This document shows positions 59,466-64,000 of a DNA stretch of 64,000 nucleotides, in pieces. The stretch comes from Phaeosaccion multiseriatum (Eukaryota; Protista; Ochrophyta, other classes), in the NCBI GenBank assembly GCA_965112735.1, contig OZ218954.1, positions 1,860,001 through 1,924,000 on the forward strand, given 5' to 3'. The notes under the pieces are model-generated. The model was not told where the DNA came from. It ran no database searches and saw nothing but the letters and a program-made list of their open reading frames with translations. How positions within the stretch are numbered: the first letter of the stretch is position 1; each line of letters starts with the position of its first letter. The position numbers and the translations under genes are program-made.

Positions 59466-62400
59466 ATGGGGGGCATCACAGGCTTCGAGGTCACCTACGG
59501 TAGCGCGATTGCCCCGGCTGGCTACCACAGGGTAACCACCTTCGAGGGCGGCAGCGCCGACCTGAGTGGAGGCGTTTCAGGAGGAGGAAGCGGGCAGGCA
59601 GAGGTGCCTTCCCGCCAGCAGAGCTTCCTTTGGTACAGCCTCGCGGCCAGTAAGGGCCGTGGCGTAAAGGATCTCCGCATAATCTACGGAGAGGAGAAGG
59701 TTCCAGAGGGGTATGAGAAGGTGCCAAGAAGCTTGAGCAAAGGACGTGCCGTGTACCTCTGTTTCCGGCGCGGCGCTCGGCCTGGTGCACAAGCAAGCAG
59801 ACAACAGCCCCTCGCTGGAGAGGGCGAAGAGGCCGAAAGAAAGGGGAATAGGGAGAAGGACGGAGAGCAAGGTCATGCAGCTGGCACGTCGGATAGGGAG
59901 GGGAGCGGGGGTGACGAGGCTGCCACGGAAGAGGAGGAGGGGGAGGAGGAAGAGGAGCGACCCATCGGCAAGGTGATGGTCTCCTACCGCCCAGCTGACG
60001 GGGAAGAGAGGGAGGAGGAGGTCACGGAGGACGGGGATGTGCTCGAGCGCCTTCCTCGAAGCTGCAGCTGCCCGACGATGATGGGTGCCAGCCCCAGCAA
60101 CAAGAAGGATGGAAAGGAGGGCCGCCACGCCTACCTGGTCTTCAGCCGAGTGACCGGCGACGAGGCCCGTCTGTGGTCGGCCCGCTGTCTAAAGGAGGGG
60201 GACTGGTGCGACGCGATGGACTACGCGAGGCAGTGGGGCGCCGCACAGGTGGTCAAGGTGGAGCCTCCTGTAGCAGCCGCTGGAGCAGAAGCAGTTGGTG
60301 ATACAGGAGCAGGAGAGGAAGAGGCAAGCAGGTCTGAAGATTTGCCTTCCGGCACCACCCTCACCATGCACTACAAGGGCTGCACCAGCAAGTGGAATGA
60401 GGAGTTCGACGTGGACAGCAGCAAGCTTGCCCCCCTGGGCACGCACACACGAGGGGGAGGGGATGGCGACGAGGCGAATGGAGGCTTTCGGGAGGCACAG
60501 GGAGCGGAGTGGGACGTCGGTACGGAGGACCTGGAGGAAATGTCTACTAAGGTCAGTCAGTAAGTCAGCGAATACGTACAGAGGGAAGGACGTACAGCTC
60601 TTGCACTTTGGCACAGAGAGCACATCTCCTTCTAAGCTTGGGGGAAGCTTGAGCAAGTGCAAGAGCTCCACGTCCTTCTTCTAGGCTTGGGGGAAGTTGA
60701 GGGGGGCCGGCTTCATTCTCTGCACCTCTTGCCGCAGCCTGAAGCCGGGCGCGCATTCTTCTCAGTCTGTAGCTCAGAGGGCTTTCTTTACGACGGCTTT
60801 TCTTTTGCATCTTCGCTGTCCCCGAATAGGTGAAGGAGGCCTTTCGAGCTACGCCACGCAGCTCGGAGCAAGAGGCCTTTTGGACGGGAGACTTGCCCAT
60901 CTTCTTCTCGAGATGCATGCGTTCGACTTTTAGGGGTCGTAAGGTGAGGACCGTAATGTAATGGGCTTGGGCGAGAACTTGGGCTGTCGAGACCATTTCT
61001 TTGGACTCTTGAGACATCTACCTTCTCTCTCATCTCTTACCTCATGTCTTGCCTATGACCCCACCCCCGGTACCCTTGATGCCACTTTTTCTGTCGGGAT
61101 GCCTTGGATTCTATAGGTCGCACCCGGCGTAAACGACTTCGTCCAACTCATGGTGGAGGTGGTGGCCATCGAGTTGCGGTATCCCCGTGCCCTGTCACGT
61201 TTCCTCTCGCAAACCTTGCTGCGTATCGGTTACGCTGACCCTCTCAGTTGTTGGCTGTACAACCACTATGGGCACGAGAGTGTGCACGCCAACAGGAAGA
61301 TTCTGTTTGAGCTTCTCGTCCCGGAGAAGAGGGACGACAGAGATTACGTTGCCGTGACGCAGAGGAGCAAAGCCAACCTGTCCTTCTTTTGGCTCCGGAA
61401 CATAAGACTCTTTGGGCGGCTAGGCGGCTTTCGAGCGATCGCTTGGAGATGCAGCCGCAAACACTTGATGAGGGGTGGAGGGGAAAGCACAGCACGGGTA
61501 GGAAGAGTGGGGCGGGGGGACGGGAGGAAAGGACTAGGAGGGGAGGGACGAGGGGGAGGGGCGGGCATTAGCACGGACATTCCTGTGGAAGAAATGTCCG
61601 GCCTCTCGCTTGAGCCAGGCGAGCGTGCTGATGCAGCAAATGGCGATGGCGCTACTACCACTGAGCTTAGCTCCTCGGCTTGGGAATATACAAAGAGCCA
61701 TGTTGCGGCGGAAGGAGACGAGGAGGGCGGGTGGGCGGGTGGGGCAGCGGCGGGAGAGGAGGAAGAGGAGGAGGGAGACGACGAGGAGGGGCAGTGGGAG
61801 GCGCGCATCGCCCCTCCCCCCTCTCTGCAGGAAATGCTCACGTATCTCAAGTTCCTGCGGGCGTGCCAGACGCTGTTCACACACTCGTTTGCGACGGCCT
61901 ACTTTCCCACATTGTACGAAGATTTCCGATTTCGCCTGCAGCACCTCACGCTGGAGGAGCTCAAGGCCATGCACGATTCGCCTTCTTCGTCCGGGAGCGG
62001 AAGCAGGTCAGTCAGTCGGTCAGACAGACAGGCGGTCAGTCAGTCAGGTAGTCAGTCGGTCAGTCAGTTAGACAAATCGATTAGGTCAGTCAATCGGTCA
62101 GACGTCAGACAGACTGTCGGTCGGTCAGTTAGAGGGTCAGTCAGAAGTAAGGCAGACAGTCTTTTGATCAATCAATCCCGTCAGTCATTCAGTCAGTCAA
62201 TCAGTCAGTCAGTCAGTCAGTCAGTCAGTCAGTCAGTCAGTCAGTCGGACAGTGGAAGGACGCACATGAATCTCACTTGTTTGCCTTTTCTATGTACTGA
62301 TAGGGGCGAGCGGCGGTGGTAGGAAGGCGACTTTTCTAACGCATGTCTCCTCCACGCCCCTCCCTCTTTCTTTTCTATGGCATCTCTCTCTCTCCCTGTG

Positions 62401-64000
62401 CGCGCGTGTGTGTGCCTGCTTCTGCGCCCACGCAGCAGCAGTGGTCAGGTGGTGCAGTCCATCATGCATGAGCTCGAGCTGCTCTTGCCCTACGTCATTG
62501 ATGACTTTGACACTGACGAGATGCAGGAGTTCTCCCACATGTCGTTGGGACTGCAGCTGCTGGCCTGCCCCCTGCTCAACGCCAGGATCAAGGGCATCAC
62601 CATGATTAACGATGTTGTGGACATGGTCCAGAGAGCAGACACCAGCAAGAAGGGTGGCGGGATGGGAACGGGTAGGTGGGGGGGAGGGGGAATCGGAAAC
62701 GGTTACTCGTCGTCTTCGTATGGAACGGCCTTCTCAAAGGGAAGTACGGGCGGGAGCTGGTATAGCTCACGGAGAGCAGGATACAGGAAGAAGAACGACT
62801 CAAAGTTTGGCTCGTCTCACGGCCCCAGGTGGGTGACGAGGCCCATACTCTTGCAGTGGCTGGAGGAGGAGGGAGTCGTGGATCTGGTGCTGGGCAGCGT
62901 GACCGAGGGCGATAAGAAGAAGCTCCAGCAGCAGGGCACTGGCGCTGACGCCGGCGCTGGCAGCGAAGGAAACGAGAGGGAAGGAGAGGCACTAGCAGTG
63001 GCAGCGGCAGCAACAGGCAGCGGCGGCGGCAGCGGTGGTGGTGGTGGTGGTGGTGGTGGTGGTGGTGGTGGAGGAGGAGGAGGTGGAGGGGGCGTGGAGA
63101 CGACAGCTCATGTCGAGGTCTTGCGACGCGCTCAAAGCCTGCTTTGCTTCGTGGCAGAGAGCGCCGCTGCGAACAACGCTGACTGTGAGCGCGTGGGCTA
63201 CAAGGGCCTGTCAGAGAGGCATCTGGAGCAACTGTGGGCCGCCACGGAAGGCCAGCCAGAAGCGCAAGTACGCATGGTGTATCAGTTGCTGCAAACGGTG
63301 AGTCAGTCCGAGGAGGGGTCGATTGGCCCTTCTGCTGTCCTCAGGGGCCGACGCGCCGCCGCCCATTGTGTCTCCTCTGCATAAGCCTGATGATAGCACC
63401 TGTGTGCTGTGTGGCTGGCTGTGATCCCAACGCTCAACAAGCAAAACACATCCCCTCTCCCTCTCCCAGGCGAGCGTACATTTGAGCAAAAGCGGCCTGG
63501 ATGTGCTGTATCGGCGAATCCGGAGCATTCCGTGCAGCCAGTACGAGGAGCACCACATCGAGCTCATCAAGGCCTTCGCGCAGAGCTGCTATAGCGCGCC
63601 GGCCTCCTCAGGTAAAGCTTGTGTTGGCATGTCTGCGCTATGTGATTTGCCTGCTTGATAGCCCCACAAAACCCGCGCCCTTTTTATTAAGAGTTTTTCG
63701 GCGGAGCGCCATCACTTGCTCCTCCCCTGTATCTTCTCTTACCCTTCTGTCTCTCATCCCCAGATGAGGACACGCGATCGATCTTCGGCTATGGCCTGGA
63801 GCTGTTGTGGGATGCGATTCAGGATGGGGCACCGGTGACACCTCACATTACCGATATCTCTTCCAAGGCTCTGGCGGAGCTCCTCAGTGGACAAGACACC
63901 GTCCCGTCCCCCTCTTCCTCCCTCTTTCCATCCTCCTCCTCTTCCTCTTCCTCGCAAGGGTTGCCCCAGGCCAAGCCTCACTTCAAAGAGCAGCTTATCT
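59466..64000 (+). CDS. 5' part of a large USP9X/USP24/USP34-like protein with N-terminal MABP and Tudor/MBT-like domains (runs out of the window)
   Basis: MABP-like: GITGFEV...APAGYHRV...ADLSGG...FLWY...VKDLRII...VPEGYEKV...LSKG...VYLCFRR. Tudor/MBT-like: LKEGDWCDAMD...W...VV...MHYKGCTSKWNEEF...KLAPLGTHT. USP9/24/34-like ARM region: FGRLGGF, LLACPLLNARIKGITMIN, HVEVLRR, HLEQLWAA. The catalytic domain is not in the window. Confidence 0.7.
62007..62247. repeat. Degenerate (GTCA)n microsatellite, intronic
   Basis: Seen directly. Confidence 0.9.

Overview
Gene-dense, intron-rich eukaryotic nuclear DNA with GT-AG introns full of microsatellites. An axonemal dynein and proteins with bipartite signal-peptide/'A-F' plastid presequences suggest a flagellated photosynthetic stramenopile (ochrophyte); the taxon is inferred, not established. 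Twenty protein-coding genes are supportable, mostly in tight head-to-head and tail-to-tail pairs: dynein heavy chain 3' end, EML-like WD40, METTL21/23-like methyltransferase, a membrane-anchored coiled-coil protein, an FMN alpha-hydroxyacid oxidase, ERCC8, RPL6, LAMTOR4, an RS-cyclophilin, UTP4, a LamG membrane protein, a phytol kinase, a bulb-lectin + chalcone-isomerase-fold fusion, a Cys-less PrxQ-like protein, an ankyrin-HECT E3, an ABCG transporter, an SLC25A19-like carrier, a claudin-like protein, an hnRNP A/Musashi-like protein and the 5' part of a MABP/Tudor/USP9-24-34-like gene. The most interesting part is non-coding, around RPL6 (20.8-24.4 kb). (1) An array of five imperfect hairpins (22877-24031), whose 40-53 bp arms are sense/antisense copies of the conserved PPR-motif coding segment and co-vary within each hairpin, is a candidate polycistronic miRNA/hpRNA locus against PPR genes. 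(2) A ~410-nt SNORD97-like box C/D RNA in RPL6 intron 1 is positioned to guide 2'-O-methylation of tRNA-Met C34. (3) RPL6 intron 2 is highly structured. (4) A 143-bp MITE has 20-bp TIRs and a 6-bp TSD. Exon boundaries were read by eye and are approximate.
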